Positions 49,184 to 59,900 of a stretch of DNA of 64,000 nucleotides are shown piece by piece (the first letter of the stretch is position 1; each line of letters starts with the position of its first letter). The translations under genes were made by a program, and so were the position numbers. The notes under the pieces are model-generated. The model had not been told where the DNA came from, made no database searches, and worked only from the letters and a program-made list of their open reading frames with translations. The DNA is taken from the NCBI GenBank assembly GCA_963836235.1, contig CAWIIP010000002.1, positions 928,001 to 992,000 on the forward strand, in the 5' to 3' direction. The DNA is from an uncultured Pseudomonadota bacterium. Its GTDB lineage: Bacteria > Oederibacteriota > Muellerivitia > Muellerivitales > Muellerivitaceae.

Positions 49184-49264
49184 CAAAACCTTGTTTTTAC
49201 AAAAAATAAAAGCCGAAAATCAAATTTCCTTTTCGGCTCGGCTGCACAGTTTAACTAAAAAATA

Positions 49265-49280
49265 TGCAGAAAACATGCCA
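49265..49280 (-). promoter_or_regulatory. Sigma54-like promoter upstream of the GH-A gene
   Basis: TGGCATGTTTTCTGCA with GG-N10-GC spacing. Confidence 0.55.
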
Positions 49281-49489
49281 TTTAAAGACAGGCACTTTTT
49301 CAAGCCGAACCTTGAAATTATTCGGCAAGTTCTTTAGCACGAAAGCGCTTTTTTAATATTTTTTGACGAATTCGTTGGAAATTATTTTCGGACCACAAAG
49401 CGCGTTATTCAAACCGCGCATGAAGGAGAGTATCTAGGAATAAAAATAATAAATCCGTGGATAGAATCGCTTTGAAACAACCGAAACCG

Positions 49490-50725
49490 TTATCGTCGGA
49501 TCAGGACTTTCATCACCTTTTGATTCTGTTGGCCACCGCTTTTCGAAACAAACACAAAATAATAAAGCCCGTTGGCTAAATTCAGACTGGCCACATTTAC
49601 GACCTTGGTTTGAGGACCTTGACTGGCACCCAAGCTGTCATCCTCATAAATCTTTCGGAAGGACAGCGTGAATATTTTTAATTGAACCGCATCTTCCGCT
49701 TGGCTGTTTTGGTAATTAAAAGTAATGTCGTCCCCCGGGTTTGAGGCGTTCGGCCAAGGATTAGGATAGGCTACCAAAAGACTGGAAGGCGTAGCGGTCG
49801 GCGTGGGAGTGAAGGTAGGGGTGCACGTATTTCCGGGGTAACCACAAGGTGTCTCAGTTGGGGTCGGGGTGGATGTGGAAGTCGGAGTGAAGGTTGGAGT
49901 CCAACATGAATTGCTAACATAGGCACTGAATCCGCTGCTGGAGAAGGGAACTCCGCCGGTTCTGATTTCGATACCAGCCTCAATCGCCGAGAGATACCAG
50001 GATGGCTGGATATATCCGCGGTTCACGCAATCGTTGATGAAAGCCAGAAGATTCACATTATTGAAAGAGGTAATATTGGAATCCGCCATATAGGCAATGT
50101 AGTTCCAACCGACATTTCCCTCGTTAAGTCTCCATGTTGTGGTTGTATTACCAATAGTTAAACCGTCGGTTACATATGCTCCACCAGGCCCAGTCCCCGG
50201 CGTGAAATTTAGCCAGATCATCAATTCGGCGCTTTGAGTATTGAGTCCTGTGCCAGTGGATGTGGTAAACCAAATGTCATAGGCCGCGTCCCAAAGATCG
50301 CTACCCGTTTCGTTGGTAACGGCAATATTCCAACTGCTGGTTACACATTGAAGACTACTGACCAACATTGGAAGATTAGTACCGGAACTGCAAGACCCCG
50401 CGGGCTGGCATCCATAAACAATCGAAGGATAAGTCGCCACGTTATCCCCGCATGTAAAGTTCCCGCCTGTCACCGTGAAATCGCCGGTAGCATTGTTAAT
50501 TGTCATGCATTGCTGCGTGATGGGGCAAGGTCCTGAGTTCCAATAATTGGTCTGTACATAGTAGGAAGGGCTGCCAGTCGTGTTAACCGTAAGAAACTTG
50601 GCACATGTATTGGTGGTTTGGGCTTGGACCGAAAGGTTTAAACTTAAGAAATTCAAAGCGGCTAGCGCTAACGGCAAACCGGTTGTTGCTAAAATGGATT
50701 TAAGTTTTCTCAAATTTTCCTTCAA
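49490..50725 (-). CDS. Secreted GH12 endoglucanase/xyloglucanase with C-terminal sorting domain
   Basis: VQTNYWN, TYPSIVYG, DAAYDIW, AELMIWL, IEAGIEI GH12 motifs; linker; CTD. Confidence 0.9.
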   Translation of the reverse strand: MKENLRKLKSILATTGLPLALAALNFLSLNLSVQAQTTNTCAKFLTVNTTGSPSYYVQTNYWNSGPCPITQQCMTINNATGDFTVTGGNFTCGDNVATYPSIVYGCQPAGSCSSGTNLPMLVSSLQCVTSSWNIAVTNETGSDLWDAAYDIWFTTSTGTGLNTQSAELMIWLNFTPGTGPGGAYVTDGLTIGNTTTTWRLNEGNVGWNYIAYMADSNITSFNNVNLLAFINDCVNRGYIQPSWYLSAIEAGIEIRTGGVPFSSSGFSAYVSNSCWTPTFTPTSTSTPTPTETPCGYPGNTCTPTFTPTPTATPSSLLVAYPNPWPNASNPGDDITFNYQNSQAEDAVQLKIFTLSFRKIYEDDSLGASQGPQTKVVNVASLNLANGLYYFVFVSKSGGQQNQKVMKVLIRR

Positions 50726-50755
50726 TTCATTAATGGATATCGGTAGATTAAAACG

Positions 50756-50771
50756 TTCAGAAAATATGCCA
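50756..50771 (-). promoter_or_regulatory. Degenerate sigma54-like motif upstream of GH12
   Basis: TGGCATATTTTCTGAA, 14/16 identical to the 49265-49280 motif but GA at -12. Confidence 0.4.
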
Positions 50772-50914
50772 CTAAAAGTCGAAAAAGGAAATGAAAAGGT
50801 CCAATTTTAGGAACTTAAAAGCGCTTTTTCGGCATTAGACCGGTTTCAAACCTTTGGTTTACCCGATATGTTCCTTAAAAAATCTTTTCCTGGATTTCGT
50901 TTATAATCCAACCC

Positions 50915-51811
50915 ATGGATAAACCCCTTTCCTTGGTTTTAGCCGCCGGCAGCCTGGGTGATTCGATCCTGACCCTACCCGCGCTCCAGGCCCTTCAATC
51001 CAGATCCAAGGTCACCATCGCCGGAACTTCCCCCTACCTTGCCTTGGGCGCCCCGCTCCTGGGAGTGGAAGAGGTGGGCCCTTTGGATTCGCTACTCCAA
51101 GCCCTCCTTTATGACGGATCGCTGGACGAAAAGGACCGCCAATTTTTGGCGGGTTTCCATGAGGCCTTTATTTTTTTCAAATCAAAAGATACGAGGCTTC
51201 TGGAAAAACTCGCCGCCATCGGAAACCTTCGGGTACACCAACCCGCCAAACCTTTCGGGCAATTCCTGGCCGAAGGCCGATGGGCGGCTGAATATTGGCT
51301 AGAGACGGTTCTGCCGGGGCCCCTGCCAGACGATTCCCCCTGGCGCCAAGCCCGGCTTCAGGTGGACGAAGCTTTGAGGGAAAAGGGCCGTTGGATATTG
51401 CGTTGCTTGGGGCTTTTCACTCCCCTAGTCATGCACCCGGGAAGCGGGAGTCCCTCCAAGAACGCGCCCCTTTCCTTCTTCCGTGAGGCCGCCGAGCGGG
51501 CTGGTACTGAATCCCAAAAACAGGTGCTGGTGGTTTGGGGCGAGGCAGAGGCGAAAAACATGGGGGCCATCCGGGAGGCATTCGCCGGTTTGGAACATGT
51601 TCGGGTTCTGCCCGAACCCCTGACGCTGCGGGAACTAGCGGGGGTTTTTTCCGAATCGGCGGCCTATTTGGGAAACGACAGCGGTGTCACCCATTTGGCC
51701 TCGGCCTGCGGCTTGAAGACCTTCGCCCTTTTCAACGCGACCGACGCCAATATTTGGGGTCCCCGGGTCAATTCGATCGTTCTTTCCATGCTCAAGGGCA
51801 ACCTGCACTAA
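50915..51811 (+). CDS. GT9 family (ADP-heptose:LPS heptosyltransferase-like) protein
   Basis: GSLGDSILTLPAL, HPGSGSPSK, YLGNDSGVTHLA, WGP. Confidence 0.9.
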   Translation: MDKPLSLVLAAGSLGDSILTLPALQALQSRSKVTIAGTSPYLALGAPLLGVEEVGPLDSLLQALLYDGSLDEKDRQFLAGFHEAFIFFKSKDTRLLEKLAAIGNLRVHQPAKPFGQFLAEGRWAAEYWLETVLPGPLPDDSPWRQARLQVDEALREKGRWILRCLGLFTPLVMHPGSGSPSKNAPLSFFREAAERAGTESQKQVLVVWGEAEAKNMGAIREAFAGLEHVRVLPEPLTLRELAGVFSESAAYLGNDSGVTHLASACGLKTFALFNATDANIWGPRVNSIVLSMLKGNLH

Positions 51812-51843
51812 CGCTGCCTTTTCGTGCAAAAACCGGAGCGTTT

Positions 51844-52746
51844 TTACTTTTTCTTCGCTTTTTTGCCCTTCTTCCCCTTTAAGGCTTCCACCAAAGCGGC
51901 GCCGATCTCTCCGGGACTGGGGGCTACTGTGATTCCCGCCGCACTGAGCGCCTCAATTTTTTCTTTGGCTGTTCCTTTACCCCCGGAAACGATGGCGCCG
52001 GCATGGCCCATGCGCTTGCCCGGAGGAGCCGTGGCGCCCGCGATAAAAGCCGCCACCGGTTTCTTCATATACTTCTTCACATATTGGGCCGCTTCTTCCT
52101 CGGCGCTTCCGCCAATCTCGCCGATCATGATGACGGCCTGGGTATTTTTATCGGCGTTGTAGGCTTCCAGTGTGTCCAGATGGGTGGTTCCAATGATAGG
52201 GTCCCCACCGATACCAATACAGGTGGACTGGCCGAGCCCCAACTGGGTGACCTGCCAAACCGCCTCATAAGTGAGCGTTCCCGAACGGGAAACAATGCCG
52301 ATTTTGCCCGGTTTATGGATATAACCCGGCATGATCCCCACCTTCGCCACTCCCGGGGTGATGATGCCGGGACAATTGGGACCGATCAGGCGCACATCCT
52401 GGTGGCTTTTTAAAACCGCGCGGACCTTGGCCATATCATTGGCCGGAATTCCCTCGGTGATACAAACAATCAACTTGATTCCACCGGCGGCGGCTTCCAA
52501 AATGGCGTCAGCCGCGAAAAGAGCGGGAACGAAAATGAGGCTGGTGTTGGCGCCTGTTTTCCCCACCACTTCCTCGACCGTATCGTAAACTTTGAAGCCT
52601 TCGATCTCAGTGCCGCCCTTCCCCGGCGTCACCCCACCGACCATCTTGGTCCCGTAATCTCGGCAGGCTTTGGAATGGAAAAGCCCCGCGGTTCCCGTGA
52701 TGCCTTGGCAAATAACCTTGGCGTTTTTATCCAGATAGATACTCAT
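51844..52746 (-). CDS. sucD: Succinyl-CoA synthetase alpha subunit
   Basis: [28 protein letters not shown]; start MSIYL at 52746. Confidence 0.98.
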   Translation of the reverse strand: MSIYLDKNAKVICQGITGTAGLFHSKACRDYGTKMVGGVTPGKGGTEIEGFKVYDTVEEVVGKTGANTSLIFVPALFAADAILEAAAGGIKLIVCITEGIPANDMAKVRAVLKSHQDVRLIGPNCPGIITPGVAKVGIMPGYIHKPGKIGIVSRSGTLTYEAVWQVTQLGLGQSTCIGIGGDPIIGTTHLDTLEAYNADKNTQAVIMIGEIGGSAEEEAAQYVKKYMKKPVAAFIAGATAPPGKRMGHAGAIVSGGKGTAKEKIEALSAAGITVAPSPGEIGAALVEALKGKKGKKAKKK

Positions 52747-53915
52747 GCTTGCACCCCCTTGGCGGCCGCGACCACCGTTTTGGCGGCCGAATCCATGCTG
52801 GAGGCGAATTGGTATTTGAGAACCGATTGGGATAGCAATTTCTTTCCTTGCTCTACGTTGGTGCCTTCCAATCGTATGACGAGGGGCAGGGATAAACCCA
52901 CTTCCTTGGCCGCGTCCATGATGCCCTGGGCGATCACGTCGCATTTCATGATACCGCCGAAGATATTGACCAAAATTGCTTTCACTCGGCTGTCGGAAAG
53001 GATGATCTTGAAGGCCTGGGTGACGGCCTTGGTCGTGGCACTTCCACCCACATCCAAGAAATTAGCGGGGGACCCCCCGAAATGCTGGATGGCGTCGGCG
53101 GTAGCCATAGCAAGACCCGCGCCGTTCACCAGGCATCCAATATTTCCGTCCAACGAGATATATGAAAGTCCGTGGCCAGCGGCTTCCAGCTCCCTTGGGT
53201 CTTCCTCATCCGGATCGCGCCAGGATTCGTATTCTTTATGCCGGGCCAAGCCGTTATCCTCAAAGGCCAGCTTAGCGTCCAGACAATGGATGTTGCCGTC
53301 TTTTAAAACCACCAAGGGATTGACCTCGATCAGGGAAAGGTCCAACTCGAGGAATATTTTCACCAGGTCTTGGAATAGCTTGGCGCCCTGGTTGATCTTG
53401 TCGCGGGAAAGTCCCAGGCTTAAGTGCAGTTGCCGGGCTTGATAGGCCTGGAGCCCGGTCAAGGGGTCCACATAGACTTTTTGGATAGCTTGGGGCTTAT
53501 GGACGGCCAATTCCTCAATCTCGGTGCCGCCTTCGGCGGAGGCTAAAATCACCGGGCATTGACGGGAACGGTCCAATACCACGCTAACGTAAAGTTCCTT
53601 GGTGTAATCGGCGGCTGGAGTGATAAATATTTTTTTAACTAATTTGCCTTCCGGACCGGTTTGCGGGGAAATAAGCCTCATCCCCAGAATGTCGCTGGCC
53701 TTTTGCCGGACTTCGATCTCGTCCTTGGCCAGCTTTACTCCGCCGGCCTTGCCCCTGCCACCAGCGTGGATTTGAGCCTTGACCACCCAAGGGCCCGTTG
53801 GGAATTTTTTTAACGCTTCGTCGACTTCCGAAAGATGTTTCACCAGCACACCGGGCGTAACCGGCAGCCCATACTTAGCGAATATTTCCTTGGCTTGGTA
53901 TTCGTGAAGTTTCAC
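52743..53915 (-). CDS. sucC: Succinyl-CoA synthetase beta subunit
   Basis: [41 protein letters not shown]. Confidence 0.98.
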   Translation of the reverse strand: MKLHEYQAKEIFAKYGLPVTPGVLVKHLSEVDEALKKFPTGPWVVKAQIHAGGRGKAGGVKLAKDEIEVRQKASDILGMRLISPQTGPEGKLVKKIFITPAADYTKELYVSVVLDRSRQCPVILASAEGGTEIEELAVHKPQAIQKVYVDPLTGLQAYQARQLHLSLGLSRDKINQGAKLFQDLVKIFLELDLSLIEVNPLVVLKDGNIHCLDAKLAFEDNGLARHKEYESWRDPDEEDPRELEAAGHGLSYISLDGNIGCLVNGAGLAMATADAIQHFGGSPANFLDVGGSATTKAVTQAFKIILSDSRVKAILVNIFGGIMKCDVIAQGIMDAAKEVGLSLPLVIRLEGTNVEQGKKLLSQSVLKYQFASSMDSAAKTVVAAAKGVQA

Positions 53916-53989
53916 AATCACTCCTTTGAAAGGGATGAAACGCCCTACGGCAAAACCCGGCTGATGTCAGTATCAAAAGAATACCGGCT

Positions 53990-55402
53990 TTAATGAATGT
54001 GGTTGTGGTATTCCAGAAAAAGGCCCCTGAAGTCGTTGAAAATAACGAAAGCGAACAACCCGGCAATCAAGACAATCCCAACCTGTTGAAATGCCATTTG
54101 AACCTTGATCGACACAGGGCTTCTCTTAATGCCTTCAATGAGAAAAATAACGATCTGGCCGCCATCCACCAAAGGAATGGGCAACAGGTTCATCAAGAAA
54201 AGGATGAGGGAAATAACGGCCACCACGTTGAAAAGCTCCGCCAATCCATGGGAAGCCCGGTCATACATTAAACGCAGGATCACAACAGGCCCGCCCACGG
54301 CCGATTTTAAGGCAACCTTACCGGTGACCAGTTTGTATATGCCCCCCAGGTAGGTCTCGCTAAAATTGAAACAAAACCCGGCGGAGTCGGCCATGGCCTT
54401 GAACGCCGATATTTTGACGACTTCCTCTTTTTGGAGGTCCTCCACGGGTTGGACTCCGATTACTTTATATTCACCGTTATCAATGCGGTTAACGGCCACA
54501 TGATGTGTTTTTTGATCACGCATGAATTCAACTTGGATGGGATCTTGCTTCGCGCTGCGAACAAAATAGGCCAACTGGTTCCAATCCGAGACATTTTGGC
54601 CATCCACGCTTAATATTTTATCGCCGTCCTGAATACCCGCGTTGCGGGCCGGCTGGCCTATGGCGGCGAGAACCACCGGCGGGATAATCGAATTGATTCC
54701 TAAAATCGGCTCTTGCGCCGGAGGTGGGCCAAAATCCAGGGCGGCAAGAAAGTGCAAAATGACGTTGTCAGAGGAGGCCCATGAGCTGATAGGCTTGGCG
54801 GGACGCGTTAATGTGGCGTTAAAGTCTTTCCCCTTGCGATCCACTTCCACCACCACCGAATGGCAATAATCCGGCATCGAATCGGTAAGGGCGGTGAAAA
54901 GATTTTTAACTTCGACATTATTGACTTTCAACAAATGATCGCCGCTTTGGAGGCCCGCTTTATCGGCTAAGCTTCCAGGCGGAACGAAACCAATGATTGG
55001 GCTTTCCAAGGGTGTGATTTCACCTTGCGCCAATAATAGGCAGGTCATCACCACCAGCGCGGTCGCCAAATTCATCAAGGGCCCACCAAGCGCGATAATG
55101 ACCCTTTTCCACCAGGAAACAAAAAGAAAATCCCCCGGTTCGGGGGGCTTGGCGTTCATTTCTTCAACCGATTTACCACTCGCGTCTCCGCCCTTTGGGA
55201 GGCAAAACCCCCCGAGAGGCAAAGCCCTTATGGCAAAAACCGTTCTTCCCCATTTCCGGGAAATCAAAGTCGGCCCGAACCCGATGGCGAATTCGTCCAC
55301 TTCCACCCCGCAAAAACGCATGGCGACGTAATGTCCACCCTCATGAATAGTGATCATGAAACTAAAAGCTAGGATTGTCTCGATAAGATGCACTAGGTTC
55401 AT
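53990..55402 (-). CDS. rseP: RIP metalloprotease RseP (site-2 protease with PDZ domains)
   Basis: HEGGH, FAIGFGP, GGPLMN, NLLPIPLVDGG; follows dxr. Confidence 0.95.
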   Translation of the reverse strand: MNLVHLIETILAFSFMITIHEGGHYVAMRFCGVEVDEFAIGFGPTLISRKWGRTVFAIRALPLGGFCLPKGGDASGKSVEEMNAKPPEPGDFLFVSWWKRVIIALGGPLMNLATALVVMTCLLLAQGEITPLESPIIGFVPPGSLADKAGLQSGDHLLKVNNVEVKNLFTALTDSMPDYCHSVVVEVDRKGKDFNATLTRPAKPISSWASSDNVILHFLAALDFGPPPAQEPILGINSIIPPVVLAAIGQPARNAGIQDGDKILSVDGQNVSDWNQLAYFVRSAKQDPIQVEFMRDQKTHHVAVNRIDNGEYKVIGVQPVEDLQKEEVVKISAFKAMADSAGFCFNFSETYLGGIYKLVTGKVALKSAVGGPVVILRLMYDRASHGLAELFNVVAVISLILFLMNLLPIPLVDGGQIVIFLIEGIKRSPVSIKVQMAFQQVGIVLIAGLFAFVIFNDFRGLFLEYHNHIH

Positions 55403-55544
55403 TCAAAATCCTTGGATCAAACTTTATTCATGGTGGAGCGGGAAAAAGCTTCCATCAATTTAGGTTGAGGCCTTTATTTTTGGAAGAGCTCTTCTTCAAT
55501 TTGGATGTTTTCGAGCCCTTTTCTCTGATCCTTGGTTAAAAAGC

Positions 55545-56693
55545 TCATATTTTCGAAGCTTCTTCGCGGGCCCAACGGTCGGCACTCAATATACCATCCA
55601 GGGTTCCGTTTGTCAGGGGCCGGTATTTTCGCAATGTTTTTTCAATAATTTGAGGGATTTGGACAAAAGTTATTTCTTCTTTTAAAAACCTCCCCACCGC
55701 TACCTCATTGGCGGCGTTCAATACCGCCGGATAGGTCCCTCCTTTTTCACCCGCCTCGTAAGCCAAGTCCACACAGCGGAATTTTTTGCGATCCGGCTTT
55801 TCAAAATGAAGCCGCCCGATTCGAGCCAGGTCCAACCTGCTAACCGGCGAATTGGCCCGCGCCGGGTAGGTTAGGGCATATTGGATGGGAATTTGCATGT
55901 CCGTGGTGCCCAATTGGGCCAGCACCGAACCGTCGATATATTCCACCATGGAATGGATAATGGACTCGGGATGGATCACGATGTCGATTTTTTCAAAAGG
56001 GACGTTGAACAAGTAATGCGCTTCGATCACTTCCAAGCCCTTATTCATGAGTGTCGCCGAATCGATCGTGATCTTGGGCCCCATTCGCCAAGTCGGATGG
56101 TTGAGGGCTTGCTTCAAGGTAATCTTTGAAAAATGTTTCTGGGCCAAATTGCGGAAAGGCCCGCCGGAGGCCGTGAGAAGAATCTTGTGGATTTCATTCG
56201 AATGGCGAGAGCCCACCAGACATTGGAAAACCGCGCAGTGTTCGCTGTCCACCGGCAGGATCTTGGAGCCGGATTTTTGGGCGGCTTTCGTCACGACTTC
56301 CCCCGCCATGACCATAGTCTCTTTATTCGCCAGGGCGATATCCTTGCCCTTTTGAATGGCGGTTAAGGTAGGTTTCAACCCCGCCGCTCCCACAATGGCG
56401 GAAAGAACCAAGCTCGCTCCCGATTCCCCGGCCACCGCCGCCACTCCCTCCGGCCCCGCTGAAAGTCGGGTAGACGATCCTTTTGTCAACGCCTTTAACT
56501 GCGGAAAAAAGCTTTCATCCATGATAGCGGCCATCTTGGGCTTGAAAGCCTTGATTTGCTTCGCCAGCTCTTTCGCGTTCCGGAAAGCGGTTAAACCCAC
56601 CACTCGAAATGCGGGTTTTAGTTTTCCGACCACTTTAAGGGTTGAAATGCCGATGGAACCGGTCGAACCCAAAATGGCTATTTTTTTTGGCAT
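55545..56693 (-). CDS. dxr: 1-deoxy-D-xylulose 5-phosphate reductoisomerase
   Basis: LGSTGSIG, LANKE, PVDSEH, TASGGPFR, HPTWRMG, NKGLE, NAANEVAV. Confidence 0.99.
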   Translation of the reverse strand: MPKKIAILGSTGSIGISTLKVVGKLKPAFRVVGLTAFRNAKELAKQIKAFKPKMAAIMDESFFPQLKALTKGSSTRLSAGPEGVAAVAGESGASLVLSAIVGAAGLKPTLTAIQKGKDIALANKETMVMAGEVVTKAAQKSGSKILPVDSEHCAVFQCLVGSRHSNEIHKILLTASGGPFRNLAQKHFSKITLKQALNHPTWRMGPKITIDSATLMNKGLEVIEAHYLFNVPFEKIDIVIHPESIIHSMVEYIDGSVLAQLGTTDMQIPIQYALTYPARANSPVSRLDLARIGRLHFEKPDRKKFRCVDLAYEAGEKGGTYPAVLNAANEVAVGRFLKEEITFVQIPQIIEKTLRKYRPLTNGTLDGILSADRWAREEASKI

Positions 56694-56911
56694 GAAATGA
56701 AGGTCCTGAAATAGAGGGGGTAACCAAAAGCGGGAGATTATAACACCCGGCCTAAAATAAAAAAACGAGAGGATGAATCCCACCCACTCGTTTAAAAACC
56801 TCGAAATCGCTCACTTTAATTCTATCTACTGGCTTTTAGTTGGTTTCAACCCATTCAAAGAAGACTGGGAGTGGAGACTTAAATTTCATGCTTATTTAAC
56901 CCATCAAGGGA

Positions 56912-59900
56912 TTAACGCAGGAGGAGGAGTTTGACTACGGAGTGGTAACCGTTATGGTTTGAGATCACCACATAGTAAAGGCCACTAGCCAGAGGTGCCC
57001 CTGACTTGTCGTTCAGGGCCAAAGGAATATGCCAGGTCTTCGCTGTTGTACTCCCGCTCACCGAAGCCGTCACGCCCGGTGACGAGGTCGACACCGTGTT
57101 GTCCTGCACATCCCGGAAGGCCACCGTGAATATCTGCACACTCAATGTATCCGACGCTTGACTCAATGTCGCCGACACCGTAACGGGTCCTCCCGTGGAG
57201 GGGTTCGGGTAAACCACTGGTATCGAACTCGGTTGAAGGGTGGAAGTCGGCGTCAACGAAGCCGTGGAATTGGGCGTCGAGGACGGTGTAGAGGTCGCCG
57301 AGCTAATCGTGACGACAGCCCCGGGGACCGGCAATCCGCCGAAGCCAACAGCTTGGCCATTGTTCCCTGCTCCGCCTGTCACACTGAATGTGTAGGTACC
57401 CGTCGGCGCGCTAGTCGAGAAGGTCGCCACCACTTCATAAGTCACCGCCCCATTACTGGCCGGAATGACATTATTGGAAGTTAAACTACTCAAATTAAAG
57501 GTCGCCGTCGTTCCAGTGAAACTGGCCGTGGAAATAACCGTTCCATTGTCCACCAGCGATACGGAAGTGATTCCCGTAGGGGATGCACCTGACTCGGTAA
57601 GGGTCAAACTGCTCAAAGTGACGGCATTTGCTCCGGGATTGGTCAATTGGACTTGTTGTACGGCCACGTTGGAAGCTCCCGCCGGTTGAGTTGAATCGAC
57701 AGGCGGGCTGGACCCTTGCGAAGCCTGCACCGTTACTTGGGTGGGAGTCGGGGTCGGGGTGATCGTAGGCGTATTGGTCAGCGTGACCGTTGCCGTAAAG
57801 GTTGGGCTGTTGGTTAAAGTTTCGGTGGCCGTATTGGCCAGAGTATTGGTAGGTGTGGAAGTCGTTGTTTTAGTTTCCGTATTCGAAGCGGTAAGCGTCG
57901 GAGTGGTGGTGGCGCTATTCGCCAAAGTATTAGTGGGCGTGAAAGTCGTTGTTTTAGTTTCCGTATTCGAAGTCGTAAGCGTTGGGGTGTTGGTAGCGCT
58001 ATTCGCCAAGGTATTAGTGGCTGTCGCCGTGGCCGTACTGGTGGCGCTATTCGCTAAAGTATTCGTGGGCGTGAAAGTCGTTGTTTTAGTTTCCGTATTC
58101 GAAGTCGTAAGCGTTGGGGTGTTGGTAGCGCTATTCGCCAAGGTATTAGTGGCTGTTGCCGTGGCGGTATTCGTGGCACTATTCGCCAAAGTATTCGTAG
58201 GCGTCGACGTGGCCGTATTTATGGCCGTATTTGTCGTCGTACTGGTAGTCGTCGAGGTCGGGGTTTTGGTCGCCGTCATTGTCGTCGTATTCGTGGCTGT
58301 ATTGGTTCCCGTGTTCGTGGCCGTGAATGTAGCCGTACTCGTTCCTGTCTTGGTGGGAGTAGAGGAAGGTGTCGACGTCACGATTGTTCCCGTGGGACTC
58401 AGGGTCGGTGTATCGCTGATGGTGGGGGTGGCGGTGTCAGTCGTCGTGGAAGTGGCGGTTTTAGTCGCCGTGTTCGTCGCCGTTTGTGTAATGGTGGAAG
58501 TAGTCGTACCGGTAGTTGTGGAAGTCACCGTTCGGGTGGCAGTGGAAGTAGATGTATTCGTGGCTGTATTCGTCAGGGTGTTGGTGGAAGTGGCCGTCGG
58601 GCTGTTGGTCGGAGTTTGAGTAGCCGTGCGAGTGGCGGTATTAGTCGTTGTGCCGGTTGCCGTGTTGGTCGTCGTGTTCGTCGCCGTGCTGGCTAAAGTA
58701 CTAGTAGAAGTCGCGGTCACGGTTGAAGTAACCGTCTTCGTAGGGCTATTCGTCATCGTATAAGTTGGACTATTCGTAGCCGTAAAGGTCGGAGTTGCGG
58801 TAGATGTATTACCCACGGTATTCGTCGAGCTCGCGGTCGCTGTAAAGGTCGGGGTTCGCGTTGGACTGTTTGTAGCCGTAGCCATAGTTGTCCCAGTCGA
58901 CGTAAAAGTGGTGGTACTTGTCACAGTGTTCGTAAGGGTTGCTGTCGAACTGTTGGTAGGCGAGGCCGTGGTTGTGCGGGTGGCGGTACTGGTGGTCGTA
59001 GCCGTCGGACTGCTGGTTGGGGTATTGGTCGATGTGTTACCAACGGTATTGGTTGGAGTGAGAGTCGCTGTTCGGGTTGACGTAAAAGAAGACGTACTCG
59101 TCAAAGTGTTCGTGGGGGTGCCAGTGGAGGTGCGGGTAGGCGTAAAAGTAGGAGAGGGAGTCGGAGTGAAAGTATTGGTGGCGGCGACGACCGAAGGTGT
59201 GGCAGTGGGTGGGGCCGTTCCCGCTAGACAAACATTATCAATCCAAAACCCGAAAGTGGAGGGGGCCCCTTCGGTTTCCCATTGAAGGGAACTCACCCAA
59301 GTAATGGCTTGGGCCAAACTATAGGTCACCCCGCCAATGACCGGAGGACAGCTACCGCCACCCCAATCCTGGCACTCACAAGCGGTAACGGGAACGGAAA
59401 CATATTGCCAGGTATTGGCGGTAGTGACGTTGAAATCGAACCCATACTGGTTGTCAGTACCTCCACCGCCTACTAACGAACCCATCCAGCTTAAGGGCGC
59501 GACCGCAACGTGAGGGTTATTGAGGTTGAATCTCAAGGTAACCCCAGCAACGGTGGATTGGACATAAAAAGAGATGTTCGTCACCCAGCTTAAGTTGGAA
59601 TATCCAGTATTCATTTGGGTCGCCAAGGCGAAACCGGCGTAAGTGGTTACGCCCCCGTCCGTGACACAGCCATTGCAGGCCCAACCGCCGGTCACATGGG
59701 CCGAATAACTGCTGGGGGCAACAGCGGCGATACTATTGTCCATAATGACCGAACAAGGCACTCCGCCGGGACAACTGACGGTCGACATAGCTGGGGTAAC
59801 GGGTGTGTTCGAGGCGGTGGTCCAGTCATAGGTAAACCAGTCACCGTTTGTATTGTTGTAAAAGGTATCTTCAGTGAAGTTAGACACTTGCCAACAGGAA

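Noticed and set aside
51844-52944. N-terminal extensions in track ORFs for sucD (also ispE, ispG, dxr, dnaK, giant GH5)
   Set aside because: Artefacts of longest-ORF calling; downstream starts match family N-termini, RBS positions or stop-start overlaps
53925-53990. Possible ribozyme/riboswitch between rseP and sucC (CTGATG, GAAAC, short hairpins)
   Set aside because: Hammerhead core CUGAUGA is not complete and the stems do not form a known riboswitch; insufficient support
57741-59285. Val-rich + strand ORFs (57741..58619, 58908..59285)
   Set aside because: Antisense shadows of Thr/Pro codons in the stalk
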